DNA from: an uncultured Candidatus Saccharibacteria bacterium
Lineage (GTDB): Bacteria > Patescibacteriota > JAUYIX01 > CAYMIK01
DNA length: 56,612 bases
NCBI GenBank assembly: GCA_964390745.1
Contig: CAYMIK010000005.1
Span: forward strand, 1 to 56,612
Direction of reading: 5' to 3'
This document shows, piece by piece, positions 9,164 to 18,847 of the stretch. Position numbers and translations under genes: made by a program. Within the stretch, counting starts at the first letter, position 1, and every line of letters begins with the position of its first letter. The notes beneath the pieces were generated by a model. That model saw nothing but the letters and a program-made list of their open reading frames with translations, searched no databases and was not told where the DNA came from.

Positions 9164-12067
9164 TTATTTTCGCACCGTCTTCATTCCTGCTTCACAGATA
9201 TTCAAGAAGTCACAGAAGTTGCACTGGCGGCCAGGCGTGGGAACAAAACGTGATTGTTTCAAGGTATCGATGGTTTCAATAACCTTTGCCTCAAACTTCT
9301 TCAGGTCTTCTTCACTGCGCTCGGTATCAACACGGACTCCTTCGTCTAAGAAGTACAAAGAAAGCCTCAGCGGCTTCAAGCCCAACACCCTCTGTGCCGC
9401 CAAGGCGTACAGCGAGAGCTGTTCGTCGGCATCTACGTCTTTTTGCTTTTTCACCTTTCCTGTCTTGTAGTCAACAATCGCAACACCATCCTGGTACGGG
9501 TCAATACGGTCTATTTTTCCCTTGAAGGTGTACTCGCCCATTTTCACGTTGAACTCTTTTTCAACAAAAAGTGGTGCGACAAACTTTTCCTTGTGCTCTT
9601 CAAAGTATTTCATCAGCGATTCGCGGCCTTTGTCTTTTTGTTTTTTTTCTTGCGCCTTGGAATCATACCAATCCGAAATCCAGGAATCTTCAAAGAGCTG
9701 CAGAAATTCATCTTGAGAAAGCTGCTTTCCTTGTTGAAGTTGCTTGTAGAAATTTTCCAAAGTAGCATGAATAGATTTTCCGTAGCTCAACGTATGGCGC
9801 CCAGGCGGCTGAATTTTATAGACGTGCGCATACTGGTACTGACGAGGACACGTCTCAAAAGCGGCCAGCTGTGTGTAGCTAAACTTGGACGGCAGAACCA
9901 ACTCAAAGTTCTGGTGTTGTTCAGCTTCTTCGTCGGTGTGCTCCTGAAGGGCATCAATGGCGGGAACTTGTTTCGATTCGAGAAGTGATTGTGTTTCCTG
10001 CAAAAAGACACTGGGTTTTTTCTTTCGTTTGCCGCCGTAGTCTTTTGCGCTCGTAAGGAAAAGGCCGTGACGTGCACGTGTTAGTGCTACGTAAAATAAA
10101 CGTCGTTCTTCTTGCACGTGTGCTTCTTCTTCTGGCACAGCTTCACGAATCAGGGCTTTTGGAAGTGGAATCGCTTCGCTTCGAGCTCGCGAAGGAAACC
10201 GATCCGAAACCAAATTCACCACAAAAACATACTCAAACTCAAGGCCTTTCGCTGAATGAACCGTCATAACCGAAACCATATCCGGACCTTCTTCTGGATT
10301 AGCAGGCGCCGGGTCCTCCCCTGCTTCTTGCAAGAGATCTAATTCATCTAAGAAATTTGATAGCGAATTGTTCGCATTCGCCGTTTCAAAATCACGGATC
10401 ATTTTGAAAAATTCTGCGATGTTAAGAATTTTCTTTTTCGAAGCAGCCGAATCTTCTTGCAGAAGATTTCGAACATAGCCAATGTCACCAATAAATTGAT
10501 ACAAGATTTTGCCGGCAGTTTTTGTTTTTGCCATACCGGCGTGCTTTGCTATCATCTCCAGAAGCTTTGTGGCATCCTTCTTGGTTGAATCTGAAACGGA
10601 AACAAGTTCATTGACATCTTGCAACGCATCGAGCAAAGGAATATTTTTCCTGCGTGCCTCTGCCTGAAGCTTTGTGACATCCAACATATCGAAACCAAAA
10701 AATGGCGACGACAAAATTCGGAAGGCGCTGATATTGTCAAAAGGATTGTTCAGTATTCGCAAATAGGCGCACAAATCCATAATCGTTGGCTCCGCAAACA
10801 AGCCACGCGATGCAACAAACTGGAACGGAATACCCTTGCGGTCAAGAACTTCGGTGAATTGTTCTGCCTGCGCATTAGAGCGAACCAAAACAGCAAAATC
10901 GCTCCAGGCAAGTTCAGCATCTTTTTCGCGTAGCTCCAAGATCTTCGCCGCAACGCCCATGGCTTCATCGTACTCCGTTTCAAAGTGTAGAACGCTGGGA
11001 GCTTCGGCATTTTCTTTTTGTGCTTGCAGTTTTTTGGAGATATTAAGCTTGGTCTCGAGTCGCTCCGGGTTGTTCAGCTGAATCGATTGATATGCAACAT
11101 CGAGAATTGCCTGTGTTGAGCGATAGTTTTTTGTGAGCACCACATCTTTTGCCTGAGGAAAATCGCGCTTGAATCCAAGAATGTTGGAAACTGCGGCGCC
11201 ACGAAACTTATAGATACTTTGATCATCATCACCACACACCGTAAGATTATTTCTTGGTGCGGCGAGCAATTTCACCAGTTCATACTGCGCAAAGTTAGTG
11301 TCTTGGAATTCATCCACCAAAATAAACTTAAACTTCTCACGATACTTGGCAAGCAAACTTTTTCGATCATGAAAAAGTTTCAATGCGTAGAGAATGAGAT
11401 CTCCAAAGTCCATATTCCCTGCTTCGGCCATCTTCTTCTGATACAAAACATAGGCGTCCGCAATTTCTCGCGTCTTCTTCATTTCTTCTTCGAGAATTTG
11501 TTTTTTGTCTGGGTCAACTTCGGCCGCAGCCAATTCTGAGTTTGTCTTTTCAAGTTCGCCGGCAAAAGCCAGGTACTCTTCCGGTGATATATTTTCATCT
11601 TTGGCGCGGCTGAAATGCGAGATCAAAGCATACAAAAATCGTGTTGGGTTTCCAAGCGGCCGGTAGTATTCTAAATTAAAATCATACAAGTGTTCACGCA
11701 AGAACAGCCAGGTTTCTGCTTGGCTTAAAACTTTAAAACCCGGGTCAAGGCCAATTTCCAAAGCATGTTCACGCAAAATTCGTTCGCAAAAACCGTGGAA
11801 CGTCAGAGTCCACAGGTCCACGTAGCCCATGGGAAGCAGTTTATCAACGCGCTCTTCCATTTCGGCTGCAGCCTTTTCTGTAAAGGTTAAGGCAAGCAGT
11901 TCATCTGGGGCAGCAAAGCCTTTTTGGATGAGCCAGGCTAAGCGACGCGTAATAACGGTGGTCTTCCCCGTGCCTGCGCCCGCAACAATCAAAAGCGGAC
12001 CGTCTTTGTGCGTGACGGCCGCGGCTTGCTCTTCATTTAAATCATCAAGAAGTTGGGCTTCGTTCAT
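9164..12067 (-). CDS. UvrD/PcrA-family SF1 helicase fused to a C-terminal PD-(D/E)XK nuclease (AddA/AdnA-like) with probable Fe-S cysteines
   Basis: AGAGTGKT, TFTEKAA, LVDEFQD, GDDDQSIYKFRGA, NYRST, TVHSAKGLEF, EERRLFYVALTRA; KIDRID..IVDYKTG; ETCPRQY plus CNFCDFLNIC. Confidence 0.92.
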   Translation of the reverse strand: MNEAQLLDDLNEEQAAAVTHKDGPLLIVAGAGTGKTTVITRRLAWLIQKGFAAPDELLALTFTEKAAAEMEERVDKLLPMGYVDLWTLTFHGFCERILREHALEIGLDPGFKVLSQAETWLFLREHLYDFNLEYYRPLGNPTRFLYALISHFSRAKDENISPEEYLAFAGELEKTNSELAAAEVDPDKKQILEEEMKKTREIADAYVLYQKKMAEAGNMDFGDLILYALKLFHDRKSLLAKYREKFKFILVDEFQDTNFAQYELVKLLAAPRNNLTVCGDDDQSIYKFRGAAVSNILGFKRDFPQAKDVVLTKNYRSTQAILDVAYQSIQLNNPERLETKLNISKKLQAQKENAEAPSVLHFETEYDEAMGVAAKILELREKDAELAWSDFAVLVRSNAQAEQFTEVLDRKGIPFQFVASRGLFAEPTIMDLCAYLRILNNPFDNISAFRILSSPFFGFDMLDVTKLQAEARRKNIPLLDALQDVNELVSVSDSTKKDATKLLEMIAKHAGMAKTKTAGKILYQFIGDIGYVRNLLQEDSAASKKKILNIAEFFKMIRDFETANANNSLSNFLDELDLLQEAGEDPAPANPEEGPDMVSVMTVHSAKGLEFEYVFVVNLVSDRFPSRARSEAIPLPKALIREAVPEEEAHVQEERRLFYVALTRARHGLFLTSAKDYGGKRKKKPSVFLQETQSLLESKQVPAIDALQEHTDEEAEQHQNFELVLPSKFSYTQLAAFETCPRQYQYAHVYKIQPPGRHTLSYGKSIHATLENFYKQLQQGKQLSQDEFLQLFEDSWISDWYDSKAQEKKQKDKGRESLMKYFEEHKEKFVAPLFVEKEFNVKMGEYTFKGKIDRIDPYQDGVAIVDYKTGKVKKQKDVDADEQLSLYALAAQRVLGLKPLRLSLYFLDEGVRVDTERSEEDLKKFEAKVIETIDTLKQSRFVPTPGRQCNFCDFLNICEAGMKTVRK

Positions 12068-14145
12068 GCGTTTGTGAGCTCTACTACTTTATCGGCAAAT
12101 GAATTGTACTCATCAGAATATGTGAACAAAAATACTTGAAAATCTTTTGTGAGTTCTTGAATCAATCGAGCGGTGTGTGATTTGCGGCCTGCATCAAATG
12201 TCACAAATGGATCATCTAAAATAAGTGGCGGAAACTTGCCTTCGGATTGTGCACGTGCCAAAGCAAATCGCGCAACCAGATAAATTTGATCGATGGTTCC
12301 CTGGCTCAAGTTCCCTTTTGGATTTACAAAGTCACCACGTTCTTTTGAAAATACTTCAATCTCCAGAGCATTTCCCACGCGAACCTTTTCATACCTACCG
12401 CCCGTTATTTGTGGTAAAAACTTTTCGATGGAATCCTGCAGAATATCCTGCACGGAGCTCATCGTGCGCTTTTGTGCTTCACCTAAAGTATCGCGAATCT
12501 TTTCGTACATATATATTCGCGATTGCACTTTTCGTTGTTCGAGTTCAAGCTCTTTTATTTCTTGCTTCAACTCTTCAAATTCGCCTTCGCTAAACCCAAG
12601 ACTCTCAATCACGGCCTCATGTGCGCGAATATCTTCTTGCGCTTGCTGCAAACGAGCAGTCACATCGGAAAGTTCTTGCTCCATCTCAACCATTTTCATG
12701 AAATCTTTTTCTTCGATGTTGAGATCTTTTGCGATTTTCTCAAGACCAATCTTTTGTACAGCAAGTTCTTCGCGAGCAGAGATCAGGTCTTGCTTCGAAG
12801 TTTGTCCTTCCAATGCTTCAATTTTTGCAGCCACTTCACGCCTGGTTCGCTCGGTGTTTTCCAAATCCAAGAGCTTCGCTCTCGCCTCTTCGAGGGATGC
12901 AACCTGCAAACGACTCAAGCGTTCACTAATTTCTTTTTGGAGTTGTGCTACCTCGGAAATCTTCTCATCTTCATGGCCGCTCACATCAACCGTTACCTTC
13001 CGTTTTTTCGATCGTTCCGTTAGCGCAAGAACGAGCAAGATGATCGCTACCCCAAACGAGAGCAAAAACAGCTTGGAAGCAAAGAATCCGACAACGCCAA
13101 GAATGCCGAATGCTGCCGCAAAAACAAAGAATCCAATATCCAAATTCCCTTTTCCGCCCACGTAGGTTTCTGGCGCCTGTTTTTTGGCAACATCTTTTTG
13201 AACTGCAGAAAGAACGGCGTTGAGCTCAGCAAGTTTCTCTACTTCTTCTCGCATCTTTCCAAGGTCCTCAGAAGACCCCTTGGCTTCTCGTAAGTCTGCG
13301 GATTTTTTCTCAAGGTCCTCAAGCTGTTTCAGAAGACCATTTATTCGCTCATATTCTTTGTTGATAGCAACCAGTTCTTTTTGGAGCTCTTTCGCCTCTG
13401 AACTTTTGGAAACGACATTTTCTAAGACGCTCTTGCGCTTGGCAAGTTCTTCCAATGTTTTCTTGGCGGATCCAATCTGTTCTTGGCGCGAAACGATCGT
13501 ATTGCTTCGTATCTCGAGCTCAGTATATCTGGTGCGCTTTTGTTCAAGTTGATCTGTCACCGTTCGCAAGATTCCTGGGTCAGAAACGTCACGATCAAAT
13601 CCTTTTTTCATCTTTTGAATTTCTCGATTCAATGCCCGAACAAGTGACAAGACGTTCACATCCTGACCTTCGCTCGTTACAAGTTCCTGCAAAACTTTGG
13701 CAAGCTCAGCTTTGGAGGAGTGGAGCTCGGCAACGCGATCTTGATATATACAGGCTGAAGATTCATACAGTGTTGGGCTCGAAAGTCCAGAAATTTCGGC
13801 CATCTTGGCAGAAACTTCAGGAAATGTTTTCCACGATTTTCCTTTTGCATCGCGCAGGAGCAAATACTTGTTTTGGAAATCTTTTGTCAGAATATATTTC
13901 TCTCCCACAGCATCAAACTCCAGAGAAATGGCATACAACTCTTCACTACCCCACGACTGATGTTCAAGAACATTTTTGCTTGGCTTCAAAAGCGGATTAT
14001 AAAAAAGTCCGGCGATCAATGCATGCACGAGCGTAGATTTGCCTTGCTCGTTAGGCCCAAGAACAACATTGAACCCTGCATCAAAAGGAAGATCCAAGTT
14101 TTTGAACTTCCGAAAATTCTTCAGTTGGAGTCTCGTGATACGCAT
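12064..14145 (-). CDS. SMC/Rad50-like (SbcC/YhaN-type) ABC ATPase with long coiled coil and central transmembrane hairpin
   Basis: GPNEQGKSTL Walker A, LSQGT signature, LILDDPF Walker B; hydrophobic GFFVFAAAFGILGVVGFFASKLFLLSFGVAIILLVLAL at the coiled-coil midpoint. Confidence 0.88.
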   Translation of the reverse strand: MRITRLQLKNFRKFKNLDLPFDAGFNVVLGPNEQGKSTLVHALIAGLFYNPLLKPSKNVLEHQSWGSEELYAISLEFDAVGEKYILTKDFQNKYLLLRDAKGKSWKTFPEVSAKMAEISGLSSPTLYESSACIYQDRVAELHSSKAELAKVLQELVTSEGQDVNVLSLVRALNREIQKMKKGFDRDVSDPGILRTVTDQLEQKRTRYTELEIRSNTIVSRQEQIGSAKKTLEELAKRKSVLENVVSKSSEAKELQKELVAINKEYERINGLLKQLEDLEKKSADLREAKGSSEDLGKMREEVEKLAELNAVLSAVQKDVAKKQAPETYVGGKGNLDIGFFVFAAAFGILGVVGFFASKLFLLSFGVAIILLVLALTERSKKRKVTVDVSGHEDEKISEVAQLQKEISERLSRLQVASLEEARAKLLDLENTERTRREVAAKIEALEGQTSKQDLISAREELAVQKIGLEKIAKDLNIEEKDFMKMVEMEQELSDVTARLQQAQEDIRAHEAVIESLGFSEGEFEELKQEIKELELEQRKVQSRIYMYEKIRDTLGEAQKRTMSSVQDILQDSIEKFLPQITGGRYEKVRVGNALEIEVFSKERGDFVNPKGNLSQGTIDQIYLVARFALARAQSEGKFPPLILDDPFVTFDAGRKSHTARLIQELTKDFQVFLFTYSDEYNSFADKVVELTNA

Positions 14146-15257
14146 TACAGTTCCACCTTTCCAGAGATAAGCGCAATGCCATACTGCAGAGCTTTTTCGA
14201 GTCGTTTCTTTTTCGCTGCATCTTTTTCTATTTCTATTTCACTTTGCAGAATGCGAACAAACTGCCCAATGACCAATTCATCGGGAAAGGCATTTAAGCT
14301 TTCGGGTGTAAGTTCTACCGCTGTTTGATCTTCGATATCCAAAGAGAAAAATGCATCACGGACATCTGATTTCAGTGCTTCGCGGTCAATAAATTGGGTT
14401 GGAGCAATCACTCCTCGCAAAACAACCTTTCGACTCAAAAACTGATCAGCACCCTCAAGTATCTTTTGCTGTAATTTTTCATACGTCATCTCCGAATCAA
14501 CCGTTACTTCTTTTTCGTCAAACTGAATTTGGCCCGTTTGGACCGGCTCAATGGAAACATTGCCATCATCAGCCAACATTACCACCAGGGCCTTACCGCT
14601 CCCCTTGTCTTCAAGCTTCAATGTTTCTGGGCTTCCGGCGTACCACGCCTTATTTTTAACGATTTCTTGCGCACGATGCCAGTGCCCAAAAGCAATGTAG
14701 TGAAATGGTGATTTTTCTACTTCTAAGGTAGGCACTGGGTAATCATCGGCAGCATATTTGGATTCAATAGCGTGCGAGGCGTGTAGCATCGCGACAGAAA
14801 ACTTGCACGGGTTGTGCGGAGTAAGCTTCGCCAACGGGCTCTCAACGGACTTGTTAAAAATGTTTGAGAATCCACATACCGTGAGATCGATATCGCGAAA
14901 ATCAATTTGAGGTTTTTCTGGAAGGAGCAAGGTGACATGGGCAGGCAGGCTCATTCGAAGCAAGACGGCATTGCCTTCGAGGCGATCATGCGTTCCTGCA
15001 ATCAGCACAACGCGCACGCCAGCTTTTGCAACACGCGCTAATTCCGCCTCGGCAAACTTTACCAAAGCCTCTGACGGCGTATTGGAGTCAAACAAATCAC
15101 CGGAGATAAGCATGGCATCAGCATGTCGCGAAATAGCCAAATCACAGACCTTTTTGAAGGCTGTTTTTGGCAAATCCGTCATCTCTTGTGCGCGAGCCCC
15201 CAGACGACGAAACTTTACGCCAAGATGCACATCTGCGGTGTGGATTAATGTAATCAT
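14145..15257 (-). CDS. Mre11/SbcD/YhaO-like metallophosphoesterase nuclease
   Basis: HTADVHLG, SGDLFD, AGTHD, MLHAS, AFGHWH, YAGSPE motifs. Confidence 0.88.
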   Translation of the reverse strand: MITLIHTADVHLGVKFRRLGARAQEMTDLPKTAFKKVCDLAISRHADAMLISGDLFDSNTPSEALVKFAEAELARVAKAGVRVVLIAGTHDRLEGNAVLLRMSLPAHVTLLLPEKPQIDFRDIDLTVCGFSNIFNKSVESPLAKLTPHNPCKFSVAMLHASHAIESKYAADDYPVPTLEVEKSPFHYIAFGHWHRAQEIVKNKAWYAGSPETLKLEDKGSGKALVVMLADDGNVSIEPVQTGQIQFDEKEVTVDSEMTYEKLQQKILEGADQFLSRKVVLRGVIAPTQFIDREALKSDVRDAFFSLDIEDQTAVELTPESLNAFPDELVIGQFVRILQSEIEIEKDAAKKKRLEKALQYGIALISGKVEL

Positions 15258-15326
15258 ATGCTTCGCTATTGTAGCCTTTTAAAGAGAAAAACTCAAAAAC
15301 AAAAGCTTGGAAAAATCAAGCTCCTT

Positions 15327-15758
15327 TCAATACGAAAAGTACCAACTAATCAGACCCCGCTCTTTCAACCTCGGAATCACTTCATGCTCAAAAATCGAAC
15401 CGACTTTTATGTCGGCAGGAATATCAGAATCGATCCATTTGATGAATTCAACTTCACTCGAAGGTGTTGGTTCACCTTCGAACTTTTTAACAATAAAAAC
15501 ATCCATTCGGATAACTTTTGTTTCTTGACCCGCCGCCTCTGCGTAAAAAGTGCCAAAAGGTTCAAAATCTTCTTCGTGCGTTGTTATCGAAAACTCTTCC
15601 ATCAACTCACGGACCAACGCCTGCTTGGAGCTCTCCCCTGCTTCAATGGATCCACCTGGCGCGATATAAAAATCTTTTCCGATGGATTTCTCAACCAAAA
15701 GTTTTTTGTCCCGAAGAATAATTCCGCCGGATTTGTAGATGTCGTAATGTTTTTCCAT
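15327..15758 (-). CDS. NUDIX hydrolase
   Basis: Nudix box GGSIEAGESSKQALVRELMEE. Confidence 0.9.
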   Translation of the reverse strand: MEKHYDIYKSGGIILRDKKLLVEKSIGKDFYIAPGGSIEAGESSKQALVRELMEEFSITTHEEDFEPFGTFYAEAAGQETKVIRMDVFIVKKFEGEPTPSSEVEFIKWIDSDIPADIKVGSIFEHEVIPRLKERGLISWYFSY

Positions 15759-15772
15759 GCTGCGAGTATAAC

Positions 15773-15802
15773 AAAAAACTCCTCCTTTCGGAAGAGTTTT
15801 TT
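15773..15802 (-). terminator. intrinsic terminator of the tRNA cluster
   Basis: Minus strand CTCTTCC-GAAA-GGAGGAG followed by T6. Confidence 0.75.
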
Positions 15803-15847
15803 GATGGCGGAGTCAACTGATTGAACCCGCCGTTCTTGCATTCTGAC

Positions 15848-15924
15848 TGGCGGAGCGGACGGGATTTGAACCCGCGACCTCGTCCGTGACAGGGACGCGC
15901 TCTAACCAGCTGAGCTACCGCTCC
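15848..15924 (-). tRNA. tRNA-Asp(GTC)
   Basis: GGAGCGG acceptor stem, anticodon arm CGTCC-CTGTCAC-GGACG, TTCAAAT T-loop, encoded CCA. Confidence 0.96.
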
Positions 15925-15955
15925 AAACCAGTCACAATGCAAGAAACCGAGTCCT

Positions 15956-16042
15956 CGTGACAGTTTCACAAACGAAGGTGCAATTCTTCTGAATCGCGAC
16001 TTCGTTTGTGAAAGAGCGCTCTAATCAGCTGAAGCAAGCTCC
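15956..16042 (-). pseudogene. decayed tRNA-Asp-like copy with a ~50-bp hairpin
   Basis: GGAGCTTGCTTCAGCTGATTAGAGCGCTC resembles the tRNA-Asp 5' half; 14-bp perfect IR at 15964-15977/16000-16013; CTGTCACG anticodon-loop copy at 15956-15963. Confidence 0.6.
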
Positions 16043-16107
16043 ATACCGCCATGTATTGTAATGTAATCGAAAAGACTTGTCACGTATATTCTGGCTATTC
16101 GATCTTT

Positions 16108-16182
16108 TGGTTGCGGGGGGCGGATTCGAACCGCCGACCTCCGGGTTATGAGCCCGACGAGCTGCCACTGCTCCACCCCGCG
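16108..16182 (-). tRNA. initiator tRNA-fMet(CAT)
   Basis: CGCGGGG start with C1:A72 mismatch, GGG/CCC anticodon stem, CTCATAA loop, CCA. Confidence 0.95.
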
Positions 16183-16189
16183 ACATCCT

Positions 16190-16264
16190 TGGTAGCGGCG
16201 GAGGGAATTGAACCCCCGACACGAGGATTATGATTCCTCTGCTCTACCACTGAGCTACGCCGCC
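16190..16264 (-). tRNA. tRNA with CAT anticodon, probably elongator Met (Ile2 not excluded)
   Basis: GGCGGCG stem, GAGGA-ATCATAA-TCCTC arm, TTCAATT T-loop, CCA. Confidence 0.9.
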
Positions 16265-16280
16265 TTATAGCATCAAATAA

Positions 16281-16300
16281 CTTGCTCGACGTCGAGCAAG
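16281..16300. repeat. perfect 20-bp palindrome upstream of the tRNA cluster
   Basis: CTTGCTCGACGTCGAGCAAG. Confidence 0.85.
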
Positions 16301-16343
16301 AAGATGCAGATACTCTATCACGCTTCCCTATTTATTGCAAGGC

Positions 16344-18086
16344 TCATTCCGTCGCTTGCTGAAAGCAGGTCTCACAAAAGACTTTTTCACTTCTATCTGG
16401 AGCAAAGGTTGTTTCAAATTCATTTGTGCAGCAACCCGTGCCTGCATGTTTATGATCAAGTTCGCACATACATTGCCGATGGTGAAGTTGCAAAGGATTG
16501 CGCTTCCCCATTCTTTCGTGGTGTCGACAGTTGTGACACCTTGAAGGCAACGGCAAGCCCATTTCCCGATAAAATGCGAGCTCTTGAGGAATAACCTTAA
16601 ACGCTTTTGTGCAACCATGCTGACACATACCATTGTCGTCACACGGCAAGAGCTCTTTTGTTACCTCATCTTTCACTTCGACAATTGAGTCAGGAATCTT
16701 TTCGAGTGTTGCGGTGAACGTATTGTCTGTATGCGTTTTTGGAACAAATCCGAATTTCTTTATCTCACCAGGAGGCAATGGAAAATATTCTTGCGCAATC
16801 GTCTCTTCGTATGGAGTAAGCGCAAATTCTGGTGGGAAAAATTCGCCGTATGAGTATACCCGACCGAGAGAATCGCGGTACGGCATGTCTTTCATGTGTT
16901 GGATAATTTTATCTTTCAAAGCAAAGTACTCTTCTTTCGTGTACTGTTTATTAAAGATACAGTACGATGCATTTTTTAACCCTACACATGCAAAAAGATC
17001 GTGACCATTAATACAGTTGGCAACATATTCAATATCGGAGAAGGTCAACCTTCCGTTCGTTACATCCTTCGAAACAGCCAAGAGCGAAAGCTTCACGTTG
17101 TAGCCACCAGCTTCTTCCAGCTCGTAGCAAAGTTCTCCTCCTGCAATGGTAATGTCATAACAATCCTTGGACTTCACAAACAAAATATACTGATTGTATT
17201 TGCAATCTTCGAGATCGTTACAAACAAATGATTGTTCTGCATTCTTACAGTGGTTAAGGTAATCGCCCGTAACATCTTCGTTGCCAACACCGTGAATGTA
17301 CTTTTGCGGCAGCGCAAGTCGAAGCCTCATCACCTCATCCTGAACGTTGCGTATCCCCTTTCGGCTCCCAAGTTGAAGCTCTGCAACTTTCTTTTCGTAC
17401 TCTTCTTTTGAATACTGTTCGTTAAAGATGCAGTAACTCTTGTGTTTCAAATTCACACATCCGACACAATCGTGACAATCCCGGAGATTATATGAATACG
17501 AGACATTCGTGCAACCGAAACAATCCTGGCAACTTACGCATTGGTAGCATCGTTCACAATCGAGACATTCGTAACAGAGCTGACTGTCTCGAAGGTTCGT
17601 ACAGTCAATCGAATTACGTGAGTGTAAGAATTCATTTCCATAGTAGCAATTTTCAGAGTAACCGCTATTGAAAATAAGGTAGCAATTTGTCAGTGAAATT
17701 ACATCACTGCAATACTCACTGTTCGTACCTTCGACGTTATAGGCGTGGCTCCAGGGCACTTCGTGCATGAGTTCACGAAACTGCTCAAAAAATGGTCTGG
17801 AGAAATCGTAATCCCGACCATAGTCTTTTGCGTCCCACTTATCAGAATCCCAATAATCACTATGATAGATTGTCAGATGCGAATCAGGCGGAAAAGGTGA
17901 AAGAACTTTCTTATCACTTCCAACAACATCTCGCATGTAAAGATATCGGGTTCTCCGAAATGCCATTCTTCGAATCATTCGGCACTGGGGGCACCACGTT
18001 GGTTCAGGAACGTTAATTTTATAGTAAAACGACCGGTCCTGATCGGTTATTGTAAAGTCCTTTTTGCAACTTTGACATGAAGGCAT
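16344..18086 (-). CDS. cysteine-rich zinc-ribbon/repeat protein of unknown function (family typical of CPR)
   Basis: N-terminal CQSC and CPQC, DYDFSRPFFEQF, many C-x2-C repeats, C-terminal CHNCRH and VFCETCF. Confidence 0.85.
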   Translation of the reverse strand: MPSCQSCKKDFTITDQDRSFYYKINVPEPTWCPQCRMIRRMAFRRTRYLYMRDVVGSDKKVLSPFPPDSHLTIYHSDYWDSDKWDAKDYGRDYDFSRPFFEQFRELMHEVPWSHAYNVEGTNSEYCSDVISLTNCYLIFNSGYSENCYYGNEFLHSRNSIDCTNLRDSQLCYECLDCERCYQCVSCQDCFGCTNVSYSYNLRDCHDCVGCVNLKHKSYCIFNEQYSKEEYEKKVAELQLGSRKGIRNVQDEVMRLRLALPQKYIHGVGNEDVTGDYLNHCKNAEQSFVCNDLEDCKYNQYILFVKSKDCYDITIAGGELCYELEEAGGYNVKLSLLAVSKDVTNGRLTFSDIEYVANCINGHDLFACVGLKNASYCIFNKQYTKEEYFALKDKIIQHMKDMPYRDSLGRVYSYGEFFPPEFALTPYEETIAQEYFPLPPGEIKKFGFVPKTHTDNTFTATLEKIPDSIVEVKDEVTKELLPCDDNGMCQHGCTKAFKVIPQELAFYREMGLPLPSRCHNCRHHERMGKRNPLQLHHRQCMCELDHKHAGTGCCTNEFETTFAPDRSEKVFCETCFQQATE

Positions 18087-18100
18087 GGAACGCCCGTTGG

Positions 18101-18847
18101 TTACTCTTGAACCGTAATTTTTTGCATTTCATCGCCCTGAGAAATTTTAAGAACTACATCCATACCAGACTTCACTTGTCCAAATGCCGTGTATTGACCA
18201 TCAAGCTGCGGTTGGTCTTTGGTTGTTACAATAAAGAACTGCGAGCCGTTGGTATTTGGTCCGCTATTTGCCATCGCAAGCGTTCCCACCTTGATATGAA
18301 TTGAAGGCAGTAAATCGTTAAACTTGTACCCCTTTGTTTGCAACTGCTGTATGAGTGTATCGGAAAGCCCGAGCGCCTTGGCACTTATTTCATCATCAAA
18401 TTGGTAACCTGGGCCACCCGTTCCAACGTTGGTCGCTGTTTTGTTTTTCGAGAGTGGATCGCCACCCTGAATAACGAAGTCGTTGACCACGCGATGGAAG
18501 GTTGTTCCATCGTAGAACCCTTGTTTCGCAAGCTTTACAAAGTTTTCAACAGTTTTTGGTGCCACCTTTGGAAAAAGTTCAAGAACGATATTCCCCTTAG
18601 CAGTCTGAATAGTCACAATAGGATCTTTTGCGTCCGTCGATGTTGTGGCCGTATTATTGGTTGCGTTGTTCACGGTGTCCCCTTTCTTAGCGTTTTGATT
18701 ATAAATAATAAACCAAACAGAAGCCGCAGCAACGATGGCAATAACCGCCGTTGAAACCAACCACGTCTTGCCACGTTTTTCCGAAGAAACTTCTTCGAGC
18801 TCTCGCTCTATTCTGCGTTGTTCTCTCAGTTTTTGTTGTTTGCCCAT
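18101..18847 (-). CDS. membrane-anchored cyclophilin-type peptidyl-prolyl isomerase
   Basis: [46 protein letters not shown]; one N-terminal TM; start trimmed to 18847 (TAATG overlap with gatA). Confidence 0.93.
   Translation of the reverse strand: MGKQQKLREQRRIERELEEVSSEKRGKTWLVSTAVIAIVAAASVWFIIYNQNAKKGDTVNNATNNTATTSTDAKDPIVTIQTAKGNIVLELFPKVAPKTVENFVKLAKQGFYDGTTFHRVVNDFVIQGGDPLSKNKTATNVGTGGPGYQFDDEISAKALGLSDTLIQQLQTKGYKFNDLLPSIHIKVGTLAMANSGPNTNGSQFFIVTTKDQPQLDGQYTAFGQVKSGMDVVLKISQGDEMQKITVQE

Noticed and set aside
12225-14328. Long + strand ORFs (e.g. 12293..13165, 1389..2123, 45064..45942 antisense)
   Set aside because: Shadow frames opposite well-supported genes
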